From a virus (Duplodnaviria > Caudoviricetes), in IMG/VR virus record IMGVR_UViG_3300028569_000039, positions 1 to 61,329 of that record: DNA of 61,329 nt, one strand, 5' to 3'. This document shows, piece after piece, positions 44,919-54,087 of this stretch (position 1 is the first letter of the stretch; every line of letters begins with the position of its first letter). Under the pieces are notes generated by a model, which did no database searches, had not been told where the DNA came from, and saw only the letters and a list, made by a program, of their open reading frames with translations. A program made the position numbers and the translations under genes.

Positions 44919-47900
44919 ATGTCCGCTCCGGACATGTTACATCCGCGGTATGGCGTACGCCACTTTGACGAGGGCGGATCTACTAACGACCCTATTGCGG
45001 GTTTGTACTCCTCAGTATTGGGCAGAGATACTCCAGATGCCCCAGGTTTAAAATATTGGCAAAGCCAGTTGGCCTCCGGGATGTCTTTGGCTGATATTGA
45101 AAGTGCGTTTAAAGGATCTCAAGAATACCAGCAAAATCAACAAGCGGTTCCTGCAGGCAACCTACCCACCGGAAATGTTACAGTACAAAGCGCGGGCTCT
45201 GAGTATGACAACGCACAGCCAATTACTCCGACGTACGGCTCAACGGCAGCCATTCAAAATTGGTATGACACTAATTTAGGCCGTCAAGCAGATCCTACCG
45301 GTTTGCAGTATTGGTCTTCTGCTTTTGGTGATACGTTAGATCCAAACGAGATTGCTCAACTGCAAGCCAGCCCAGAATACATGAATCGACAGGCTGTGTC
45401 TGGATTTTATGACACGGAGCTTGGCCGTAAGGCAGTTGAAGATCAGGCCGGACTAGATTACTGGACCAATGCAGCAAACACAGGAACGCCCCTAGATGTA
45501 ATTCGGCAGGGCATTGGAGGCTCGTCAGAAGGCCAGGCGTTTGACATTAAAAAATTATATACAGATGAGCTTGGTCGGCAGTTTGATGCACCTGGGTTGG
45601 AGTTTTATCAAGGCGAAATGGCCTCTGGTAAGTCGTTAGAAGATATTCAAAAAGCATTTAACGAGTCCAAAGAAGGTCTGGGATTTGACATCCGTAACTT
45701 GTACACAAACGTACTTGGAAGAAAGCCAGGCGAAGACGAGGCCGGTTTAAAGTTTTGGTTAGACGCAATAGAAAGTGGCATACCAAGAGAAGAGATTTTA
45801 AAGTCATTTGAGCAAGCGCCTGAGTACGAAGTTGCAGAAGACTACGTTAATTACTTAGGGCGCACACCGGATGCGGCTGGGCTCAAGAACTACATGGACC
45901 AGTTGGCCTCTGGAAAGTCTGCGGTAGACATTGAACGAGAGATTGCACTGTCACAAGAAAGTGTTGGGTTAAACTCACCTAGCGTTAAAGCGGTATTAGA
46001 GGCAACGCTTGGGAAGGACATTGTTAGTCAAATGACCCCCGATCAAATTGCTGAGTACACCAAAGTATTGTTAGATCCAAGTCGCACAATTGCAAGCACA
46101 CAAATTGCAGATCAAAACACATTTAACGCTGAGTACTACTTAGCACAAAACCCGGACGTTGCTGCAGCAGGGGTGGATCCGTATTCACATTATCTGCAGC
46201 ATGGATTTAACGAAGGCCGAGCACCTAACGAAGCTGCTCCGGCCACACAAGACGACAAGTTGCGTGAAGTGTTTCGAGAAATTGCACTAGACCCGGTGCT
46301 TGGCCCTAAGCTAAAAGCCGAGAACCCATTGCTGTGGGAGCAAGTAACTCCTTTAACAGGAAGGCCAGAAGATTTTGTCCGTACCGATCGTACGGTGTAC
46401 GGTCAGTATGGCACTGTTGAGATTGGTGGTGCTAAGGTTCCTATCTTAAGCGCCGCGGCAGCAGACCGAATTTTAAGTCCAGGTAACAGCGCAACGGTTT
46501 CAGACTTTTCACACAGCCGCGGTAACTTAGTCAGCGATTTAGGTTGGTCATCTAACTCGTTTAGCGGAGATTTATCTAGGGGCGCAAATGCTTTGGGCGT
46601 CACCGAAATAATTGATCCCGAAACTGGAAAAGTATCTTATACTGGTTTAAACGAAGCCGCTGGTTTAATTAATCTCGATCCATCTCAATTTCAAGACAAA
46701 CAAGTCCCGCTTTTAAGTAAAGAACAGCGAGATGAATATGGTAACGTAATCCAAGCAGCAGGACAGCCAGTATATCAAACAGATAACGATGGCAATACAG
46801 TTTTTGAAAACGGTCAGCCTGTTCCGGCCATGCAGACCATCACCGCTGATTCACAACTATATGACGCAATTAGCAACGCAGCAAAAGATATTTACCGATA
46901 CACCGGCGACTCATTAACGCCAGGCCAAGGGTACGAAGGCGGACCTAAGAGTTTTGACACTGTGTTTTACAAACGCACAGGCGATGAGTTAATTCCAATT
47001 AGCGCTCCTAACTCGCACGGTGGTCAACAAAACTTAGACATCTATCGTCCAAAAGATTTTGGCTTTAGTTACTATGCACAGGGTCCTGCGTTTGTAGCCG
47101 CAGCGGCGATAAGTTTTGCAATGGCGGATCCCACGCTTTCTTTGGCCACTGCGGTAGGTAATGCAATTTTACCCGCAGCAGCATCGACGGCAATTGGTGC
47201 AACAGCAACAGGAATAGTCGGCGCTACTGTACTCGGAGCTGCAACAGGCGCATTGTCTTCTACGGCAGCTGGTGGCAACATTGAAAAGGGTGCCTTAACT
47301 GGAGCAGTAACTGGTTTAGTAGCTTCTAGCATGAAGCCGCTACTATCTTCTCAGCCTATGTTAAAAGCAACTCAGAGCATTGCTGAGGCCTCACAAAATG
47401 TGTTTTCTCAGGCTCAAGTAGGTAATATTATTGGCGCCACACTAGCAAGCACATTGGCCAGTGCTGCAAGCGGTGCAAATGGCAACCAAATTTTAAACTC
47501 GTTTACGACAGCGCTTATATCTAGCGGTCTAAGTGAGAAGGCTGCTCAGTTAGCTGTTGCTGGAGTAAAAGAAGCGTTTGGCGATGATCCAAAGACCCTT
47601 GCTAGAACAGCTGCAGCAACAAAGCTAGTTACTAGAACGGCATCGACAGCGGCATTAAGCGGCAAGAGCCCAGAGCAAATCCAGGCGGCAGTTATCGCTA
47701 CCTTGGTCCAAAACGCGGCTAGTATTGTTGGTACCGGAAGTAGTACAACAGCTCCAAAGACAACACAAGTATCATCTGCAGAATACGACGGGCTTGTTGA
47801 CGCTTTGGGAGGAAAAGAACAAGCCGATGCATATCTTGCGGGATTAAACCAAGATACTGGTGTTTCTCCTTACGCATCCACGGCTAGCGTTGGCGACACT

Positions 47901-49142
47901 CCGCTAGTTAAAACTCCTACAGGTACTGTTACTGTTACCAGTGTAAATGATATTGACCCTAATGCCCCAGTGGCAAAAGCACAAGCGTTATCGCCGGAGG
48001 ACGAGGCTGAGTATCAAGAACAAGTTGCAGCGCAAGACGCTAAAGTAGCACAACAAGAAGCTGATAACGTTAGTAAAGTAGCCGATGCTATTGCTCTTCC
48101 TAACGCAGATATATCATCAATAGTATCTGTCATTACTAATATGTTTAAGGTGCCACAAAAAACCGCTACGATTGCGGCGAACATGGCAAAGAGCGGAGCG
48201 ACAGCGGCGCAAATATCTAAAGTTATAGGTACAGGCGTTACAGGTACAGGCGTTACAGGTACAGGCGTTACAGGTACAGGCGTTACAGGTACAGGCGTTA
48301 CAGGTACAGGCGTTACAGGTACAGGCGTTACAGGTACAGATGGTGATGGCCCTGGCGGTGATGGAATTAATATTGATGGTGTTGGTCCCGGCACTAACAC
48401 ATCCACAACACCTAGATCACCCACAACACCTGCACCTAGAACACCCACAACACCTGCACCTAGAACACCCACAACACCCACACCTACAACACCAGTTAGG
48501 CGGTTAACAGTACCACAGATACGTGCTTCTCAAGCAGTAGACAACTCAACAGGGATTTACGACTTAACACCCGGCTTAACTAGAGCCAGGACAGATTATC
48601 AATTAGCCGGACAATTTAAGATGGCTGCAGGAGGCACAGTGGCAACACAATACGATCCGTTTGGATTATCTAGATCAACCTACGGTACATCGGATAACGC
48701 TGGAATAGCGGATCCGTCTTCGTCGCCGTTTGTCGGCTCTGACATAAAAATGCCTAGACTAAAAGTAGGCATGACAAAACGCAATGTAGGATATGACCTA
48801 CCAGCCTTTAATCCAAAGTTTATGGCAGAAGGTGGCCTCGCAGATCACAACCCACAGTTCTTCAGTGAGGGCGGCCTGGGCACATTAGAGAACCGCTATG
48901 TTCAGGGTGATGGCGATGGTACCAGCGACGAAGTACCAGCGATGCTTGCTAACGGCGAGTTTGTTATCCCTGCAGACGTCGTGGCTGCATTAGGCAACGG
49001 CAGCAACGAGGCCGGTGCTAGTGTATTAGACCAGTTGTTGCAAGTTATTCGTGAGCACAGACAAGATCACGATCCAGAAGATTTACCCCCAGACTCTGCG
49101 GGTCCACTCGCATACTTACTTGAAGCTAAAGAGAGAGCATAA
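44919..49142 (+). CDS. Large internal virion/ejection protein with DUF4214-like repeats
   Basis: About six LYxxxLGR..D.xGLxYW repeats, YLAQNPDV motif, hydrophobic core, C-terminal GDGTSDEVPAMLANGEFV. Confidence 0.7.
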   Translation: MSAPDMLHPRYGVRHFDEGGSTNDPIAGLYSSVLGRDTPDAPGLKYWQSQLASGMSLADIESAFKGSQEYQQNQQAVPAGNLPTGNVTVQSAGSEYDNAQPITPTYGSTAAIQNWYDTNLGRQADPTGLQYWSSAFGDTLDPNEIAQLQASPEYMNRQAVSGFYDTELGRKAVEDQAGLDYWTNAANTGTPLDVIRQGIGGSSEGQAFDIKKLYTDELGRQFDAPGLEFYQGEMASGKSLEDIQKAFNESKEGLGFDIRNLYTNVLGRKPGEDEAGLKFWLDAIESGIPREEILKSFEQAPEYEVAEDYVNYLGRTPDAAGLKNYMDQLASGKSAVDIEREIALSQESVGLNSPSVKAVLEATLGKDIVSQMTPDQIAEYTKVLLDPSRTIASTQIADQNTFNAEYYLAQNPDVAAAGVDPYSHYLQHGFNEGRAPNEAAPATQDDKLREVFREIALDPVLGPKLKAENPLLWEQVTPLTGRPEDFVRTDRTVYGQYGTVEIGGAKVPILSAAAADRILSPGNSATVSDFSHSRGNLVSDLGWSSNSFSGDLSRGANALGVTEIIDPETGKVSYTGLNEAAGLINLDPSQFQDKQVPLLSKEQRDEYGNVIQAAGQPVYQTDNDGNTVFENGQPVPAMQTITADSQLYDAISNAAKDIYRYTGDSLTPGQGYEGGPKSFDTVFYKRTGDELIPISAPNSHGGQQNLDIYRPKDFGFSYYAQGPAFVAAAAISFAMADPTLSLATAVGNAILPAAASTAIGATATGIVGATVLGAATGALSSTAAGGNIEKGALTGAVTGLVASSMKPLLSSQPMLKATQSIAEASQNVFSQAQVGNIIGATLASTLASAASGANGNQILNSFTTALISSGLSEKAAQLAVAGVKEAFGDDPKTLARTAAATKLVTRTASTAALSGKSPEQIQAAVIATLVQNAASIVGTGSSTTAPKTTQVSSAEYDGLVDALGGKEQADAYLAGLNQDTGVSPYASTASVGDTPLVKTPTGTVTVTSVNDIDPNAPVAKAQALSPEDEAEYQEQVAAQDAKVAQQEADNVSKVADAIALPNADISSIVSVITNMFKVPQKTATIAANMAKSGATAAQISKVIGTGVTGTGVTGTGVTGTGVTGTGVTGTGVTGTGVTGTDGDGPGGDGINIDGVGPGTNTSTTPRSPTTPAPRTPTTPAPRTPTTPTPTTPVRRLTVPQIRASQAVDNSTGIYDLTPGLTRARTDYQLAGQFKMAAGGTVATQYDPFGLSRSTYGTSDNAGIADPSSSPFVGSDIKMPRLKVGMTKRNVGYDLPAFNPKFMAEGGLADHNPQFFSEGGLGTLENRYVQGDGDGTSDEVPAMLANGEFVIPADVVAALGNGSNEAGASVLDQLLQVIREHRQDHDPEDLPPDSAGPLAYLLEAKERA
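48228..48339 (+). repeat. Perfect 15-bp tandem repeat x7 (GTGVT)
   Basis: GGTACAGGCGTTACA units read directly. Confidence 0.95.
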
Positions 49143-49144
49143 TC

Positions 49145-50068
49145 ATGGCCGGACTATCAGATTTTATCACAAACACAGCCTATCAAACCACGTCGATGCC
49201 GGCGTGGTACGACACCGCGCAACAGAACATTGTTAGCCAGGCGGGCACCGCTGCAGGTCAAGCTCCGACGTTGCAAAACACGGTGGCAGGTCAGGCAATT
49301 AACAATCTTCAAGGGGCAAACAACCCGTTCTTGCAGGCGCAAGGTACACTGGGTCAGATTGCTTCTGGCGCAGCCAATCCGTTTATAACAAACGCCGCGA
49401 CGGGTCAAGTAACTCCTGACACAAGCACGGCTATGGGTGGTCTGTTCCAGGCTCAGAACCAGCAGCTTAACCAGCTAATGCCCCAGTATACGGCACCAGT
49501 AACCGGCGCCAACGTGGCATCAGGTAACTTTGGTAGCCTGCGTGGTCAGACAGCGTACAACAAGGCAATGGGCGACGCACAGGCAGCACTCTTTGCACAA
49601 CAAATGCAAGCTGCGTTACAAAACCAACAGACTGGCGTACAAGCCAGTACCGGCTTAGGTAACGTAGGTCAACAGGGAACCGCTGCAATGACTACATTAG
49701 GTCAGGCACAGCAGTCCGATCCGTTTACCGCAGCTGCAAACTATGGTAAGATTGTTGGTGGTATCCAGGCACCTACTACAGTCGCAAACAGGACACAGCT
49801 CTCGCCACTCAATACAATCGGCAGCTTGGCAAACGCCGGCAGCGGTGTATTGACTTCATTATTTGGAAATGCACCTAGCGGCGGCGGTTTGATTAGTAAC
49901 AAAGGTATTATGGACTTCTTTAAGGGCCTTGGTAGCAATTTTACTCCATCGGGCGCCGAAAGTATGGATACATTGATGAACCCACCAAATACGGATTACA
50001 CATATACCGATGCAGATGGTAACACCCAAACCGGGACTAATGATGACTTTTATTACGATATAACTTAA
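49145..50068 (+). CDS. Probable DNA ejection/pilot protein
   Basis: Q/A/G-rich, GNFGSLRG motif, synteny. Confidence 0.55.
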   Translation: MAGLSDFITNTAYQTTSMPAWYDTAQQNIVSQAGTAAGQAPTLQNTVAGQAINNLQGANNPFLQAQGTLGQIASGAANPFITNAATGQVTPDTSTAMGGLFQAQNQQLNQLMPQYTAPVTGANVASGNFGSLRGQTAYNKAMGDAQAALFAQQMQAALQNQQTGVQASTGLGNVGQQGTAAMTTLGQAQQSDPFTAAANYGKIVGGIQAPTTVANRTQLSPLNTIGSLANAGSGVLTSLFGNAPSGGGLISNKGIMDFFKGLGSNFTPSGAESMDTLMNPPNTDYTYTDADGNTQTGTNDDFYYDIT

Positions 50069-50077
50069 GACAATAAT

Positions 50078-51967
50078 ATGAAAAACGGATTATCTTATTT
50101 TAATACCGGTGGTGTGGCAGATGCCCCGACTAAACTTCAGCCACCCGGTAAGGCCCCATTGGACCCAACCCAGACGGCAGATCTATTGGCCAACATGCAG
50201 GCCATGATTGACTCACGTCAAGGTCCCATGGCATCATTCAACCGCGGCCTAGAACGCGCAGCTGCTTGGGGATCTGGTGGTATACAAGGCCCTTCGGCCG
50301 CATTAGCCCAGCTTAATCGCCAAGAACAGGAAGAAGAAAAAAGCACGTTCGATATGCGTCAGCAGATGGCTGCGTTTAGGACAGCACAGGCCCAGCGAGA
50401 GGCGTTTGAGCGGCGCAAGGCTGCTGAGCTAGGCGGTGCTTCAGGCGCGGCCCCTGGAGCCCCTGGAGCGGTTACAGAGGCCACAATACCCCCACAGATC
50501 CGTATTGCATTAAATAATGCACGTACACAAGAAGATTACAATAAGATTTACAATGCTTGGGCACAAAAACAGGCTGAGGTTTACGCTGCTCCAGGTATGG
50601 ACGAGCCTAAGATTCCTGTGGTAGATATGGTTGACGGTAAGCCAGTTCTTAAAACTATTTCTACCCGCGAGTACCGCGCTAATCCAGGTCGTTATCAAGA
50701 CACACCACAGACCCAAGCTGCTGTTCAAAGTGCTGCTGCCCCAGCACCTAGTCCCGCTGGGGCACCTGTCAGCGTGCGCAATAATAACCCTGGCAACTTG
50801 GTAGACCCTGCGACAGGTAAGATTAGAACGTTTGCTACGCCTGCAGAAGGTGAAAGAGCACTTGAGGCAGACTTGCAAGGCAAGCTGTCTGGCCAGAGCC
50901 CCGCCGTAAAGCAGCGTTTTGGAGATCAGGTCGGTAGCTTTATGAGCCCTGCTTTGTTGGCGGAGACATGGGCCCCATCTACAGCACCGGGTAACACACC
51001 GGAATCAACAGCAAACTACGGTAAAGCAATTGCTCGAGCTTTAGGTATTGATCCAACCTCACAAATTCCTAACACACCAGAAGCGTTAGCTAAGGCCAAG
51101 GCAGAAATTACTAAGTTTGAGGCTGGTAATTACAGGCCTCCAGCGGCAGCTCCTGCTGCTCCTGCAGCACAACAGGCGCCTATCCAACAACCGCGCCCAA
51201 CGCCGGGCGCAATACAACGTCAGCAAGAAATTGAAAAAGAAGGAAGCCTGGCATCGGCTAAGGAAATAGGACAGGGCTTTGGTAAGATTGGCGCTGAGAT
51301 ACCTAACTTAGCGCGTTCTTCCGGCGAAAGAGAAACTCGCTATTCTGATATTATCGCAATAACTGAAGATCCCTCGATGAAAGAGTTATTTGGTAAATTG
51401 TCTAAGAGTGGATTTGTGCCGTTTGTATTAAAGTCAATTGAGACGGGCGTTGGTATTGGGCAATTTGGAACGATTGGCATACCTGACTTAGAGAAAAACT
51501 TAGCCAAGGCGGGAGCAACGCCGGCTCAAATTGAAAAGTTTATGCGTGTTGAAAAACATTTGAAGCAGGCCGAACTTGAGTACGCCCGCACGTACCTACA
51601 AGGTCAGGGCGCTGTTTCGGACAACGAGCGTCGGTTAGTGCGAGAGGCTACCGGATCGTTATCAGATCCAGCTAAGATCCTCCAAATGCAAGCCGGCGTA
51701 ATGCGTCAGCGTGCTATTTTTGACAAAAAAATGGGCGATGCGTTGGACAAATACCGCGATCAAAACGGCACTTACGCAGACGTTGCCGTTTTCTTAAGGG
51801 GTCCAGCTAAGTCTATTATTGCCGAGCACAACAGAAACCTAGGTAAAGTTTTGGGTGTGGACGTGCCATTAGACAGCAATCCTTTGCAAGCCCCGCCGGG
51901 TGAAGAAAAATCCGCTGCCGGTAAATCTACCCCGTTAAAAAACGTACCATTCAAGGTAATTAAATAA
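50078..51967 (+). CDS. Ejection protein with a lysozyme-like module
   Basis: SVRNNNPGNL...FATPAEG...WAP motif, GQGAVSDNER. Confidence 0.55.
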   Translation: MKNGLSYFNTGGVADAPTKLQPPGKAPLDPTQTADLLANMQAMIDSRQGPMASFNRGLERAAAWGSGGIQGPSAALAQLNRQEQEEEKSTFDMRQQMAAFRTAQAQREAFERRKAAELGGASGAAPGAPGAVTEATIPPQIRIALNNARTQEDYNKIYNAWAQKQAEVYAAPGMDEPKIPVVDMVDGKPVLKTISTREYRANPGRYQDTPQTQAAVQSAAAPAPSPAGAPVSVRNNNPGNLVDPATGKIRTFATPAEGERALEADLQGKLSGQSPAVKQRFGDQVGSFMSPALLAETWAPSTAPGNTPESTANYGKAIARALGIDPTSQIPNTPEALAKAKAEITKFEAGNYRPPAAAPAAPAAQQAPIQQPRPTPGAIQRQQEIEKEGSLASAKEIGQGFGKIGAEIPNLARSSGERETRYSDIIAITEDPSMKELFGKLSKSGFVPFVLKSIETGVGIGQFGTIGIPDLEKNLAKAGATPAQIEKFMRVEKHLKQAELEYARTYLQGQGAVSDNERRLVREATGSLSDPAKILQMQAGVMRQRAIFDKKMGDALDKYRDQNGTYADVAVFLRGPAKSIIAEHNRNLGKVLGVDVPLDSNPLQAPPGEEKSAAGKSTPLKNVPFKVIK

Positions 51968-54087
51968 TGATTATTGAAATCGCTGGTAAGCGCGTCCAGG
52001 TAGACGACTCATTCAAAGACCTTAGCCAAGAAGATCAACAGGCACAGGTTGACTTAATTGCTAATAAGATAGCAAGTGGAGAGGGCGAAAGCGGGTCAGA
52101 GTATGATAGCTCAAAGCCTGCAATGGGCGCAGCAATTGGTACAACTGCGGGGGCTATGCTTGGACCATCAGCTGGCTCGGCTGTTGACCTAATTACAGAA
52201 AAAATAGCCCAAAAGACAATCGGTCCCGACAAGGCTAAAAACCAAGCGATTTCCAACTGGTTAAAAACACAAACAACCGGCCCAGACGTTGGTGGCGCTA
52301 CTTACAAAGATGCGTTCAAAAAAAGCGAAACCGCCCGTGGTGTGCCTATTCAATCGCGTGGATCTCAAATTCCTATTCGTAAAGGTTTTTTAGGGATTGA
52401 AAACCAGCCAACACCACCGTCTTTACCGCAAAAAACAGCGGCTAATATTTTAGAAGGCGAGCGCCTTAACAAACCGGGCATTCCCCGTAGGGTTGCCGGT
52501 ATGGGTGTCGCAGGCGCCGAAGCTGGTAAGATGATTAGCGATCTTGAGCAGGGCAATACGTTTGACGCGGTGGTTAGCGGCCTGGGCACTGCCGGTGGGA
52601 CAATGAGCCAGTCACGCATCAAACCAGTTCGCGCACTTGGAACAGCGCTCTCTGTGTTGGTGCCAATGTTTCAGGGCGGTAAAGAGGCAAAAGAATTGAT
52701 TTACCCTAACCAGCCTAAAGATGAAGAAGTGCAAAATAAAGCAATGGGCGGATCAGTTACGCCAAGCCCTAAGCTAAAGTCACTGAGCGACTTTTTAGAC
52801 CAGCTGATGCAGCAGGCTACTGCAGCCCCTGCACCAGCCCCAGCGCCTATGGCGCCTCCACAGGGTGGCTTACCCCCCGGTATGCCCCCTGGCATGCCCG
52901 GTATGCCTCCTCAGCAGCCACCTATGCAGCAACCACCAACACAGCAGTCGCCACTTGGTTCTATGATGCCGCAGATGGCTGGTGGTGGAAAGGTCGGTGC
53001 GTTGGGGTCAATAGCAAAAAAGGGTTTAGAGCTTTCTAAAAAGTTTAACTATGACCCATACAAGATGTCTCAACAATACCCGGATGTAATTCCTCCGGTA
53101 TTAGCGGTTGACGCAAAAACTGGCAAAGAGTTTATGCAAAAGCAGTTAAGCCCCGAGGCATTAGAGGTACAAAAAGCTCGCAAGTTTGCACAAAAACAAA
53201 TTGACGCTGGTAACTATCAACCATTTTTTGATGTTGAAAAAAGGTTTTATGCGGACCCTTCGTATTATCCAACTGCTGGGTATACCGCTACAGACATCGT
53301 GCCAAAAAAAGCAGATACAATTGCCAAGTACGAGGCGTTAGCTAATGAGCCTGAGGCCCTTGCAAGATTGCGCGGGGCGTTTGAAAAAGCAAAAGACCGT
53401 CCGGCTGCTAAAGATTGGTATGCTATGGGTCAGCTAGAACAAGAGTTTATTAAAGAGCTCGGCCCTGTAGAAGGTCGCAAACAGTTTAAGGCCCGTTTTG
53501 CTGATGCAATGGCCGCAACAACTGGTGGCGCAGATCCTAACTCAAACTTGATGATGGCGGCATTTACAAACTATCAAAAAGGTTTAGGTCAAGAGATCCC
53601 CACTAAGGCAGTAGATTTACCATTTCCAATTGGTGGTCGTTTTGTAAGCGGCAATATGAAGCAGGCAAAGAAACTTGCTGAGATGGGTGAGATCCCGGTA
53701 ACTAACCCAAAGCGTCATAATTTCTCGGCTAACTTTTTAGGCCATCGTGATGTATCTACTCTTGACGAGCAGATGAGTCAGCTGTGGGATCCTAAAATGA
53801 TGTCGCCCCCACCAAATGCCTATGGTATCTATCAGCAGGCTTTAGCTAAAGAAGCAAAAAACGCTGGTGTTCAACCTGCTAACTTTCAAGACATTGCATG
53901 GGCAGGAGCAAAAGATTACCCTGGCAAGCCTATGATGCAAGAAATCAATGAGATGATCGAAAGAACGCACGCCATTACAGGAGAACCTAAAGAAGAAATT
54001 CTTAAAGGATTTATCCGTGGCAACAAGCCGATGTATGGAATTAGCGCAGTAGGTGGATTGGGTGCACTAAACGAAGAGAATCAATAA
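51967..54087 (+). CDS. Multi-module internal virion protein
   Basis: Pro/Gln linker, AxGG motifs, C-terminal DWY...NPKRHNFSANFLG...TLDEQM...QDIAW domain. Confidence 0.6.
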   Translation: MIIEIAGKRVQVDDSFKDLSQEDQQAQVDLIANKIASGEGESGSEYDSSKPAMGAAIGTTAGAMLGPSAGSAVDLITEKIAQKTIGPDKAKNQAISNWLKTQTTGPDVGGATYKDAFKKSETARGVPIQSRGSQIPIRKGFLGIENQPTPPSLPQKTAANILEGERLNKPGIPRRVAGMGVAGAEAGKMISDLEQGNTFDAVVSGLGTAGGTMSQSRIKPVRALGTALSVLVPMFQGGKEAKELIYPNQPKDEEVQNKAMGGSVTPSPKLKSLSDFLDQLMQQATAAPAPAPAPMAPPQGGLPPGMPPGMPGMPPQQPPMQQPPTQQSPLGSMMPQMAGGGKVGALGSIAKKGLELSKKFNYDPYKMSQQYPDVIPPVLAVDAKTGKEFMQKQLSPEALEVQKARKFAQKQIDAGNYQPFFDVEKRFYADPSYYPTAGYTATDIVPKKADTIAKYEALANEPEALARLRGAFEKAKDRPAAKDWYAMGQLEQEFIKELGPVEGRKQFKARFADAMAATTGGADPNSNLMMAAFTNYQKGLGQEIPTKAVDLPFPIGGRFVSGNMKQAKKLAEMGEIPVTNPKRHNFSANFLGHRDVSTLDEQMSQLWDPKMMSPPPNAYGIYQQALAKEAKNAGVQPANFQDIAWAGAKDYPGKPMMQEINEMIERTHAITGEPKEEILKGFIRGNKPMYGISAVGGLGALNEENQ

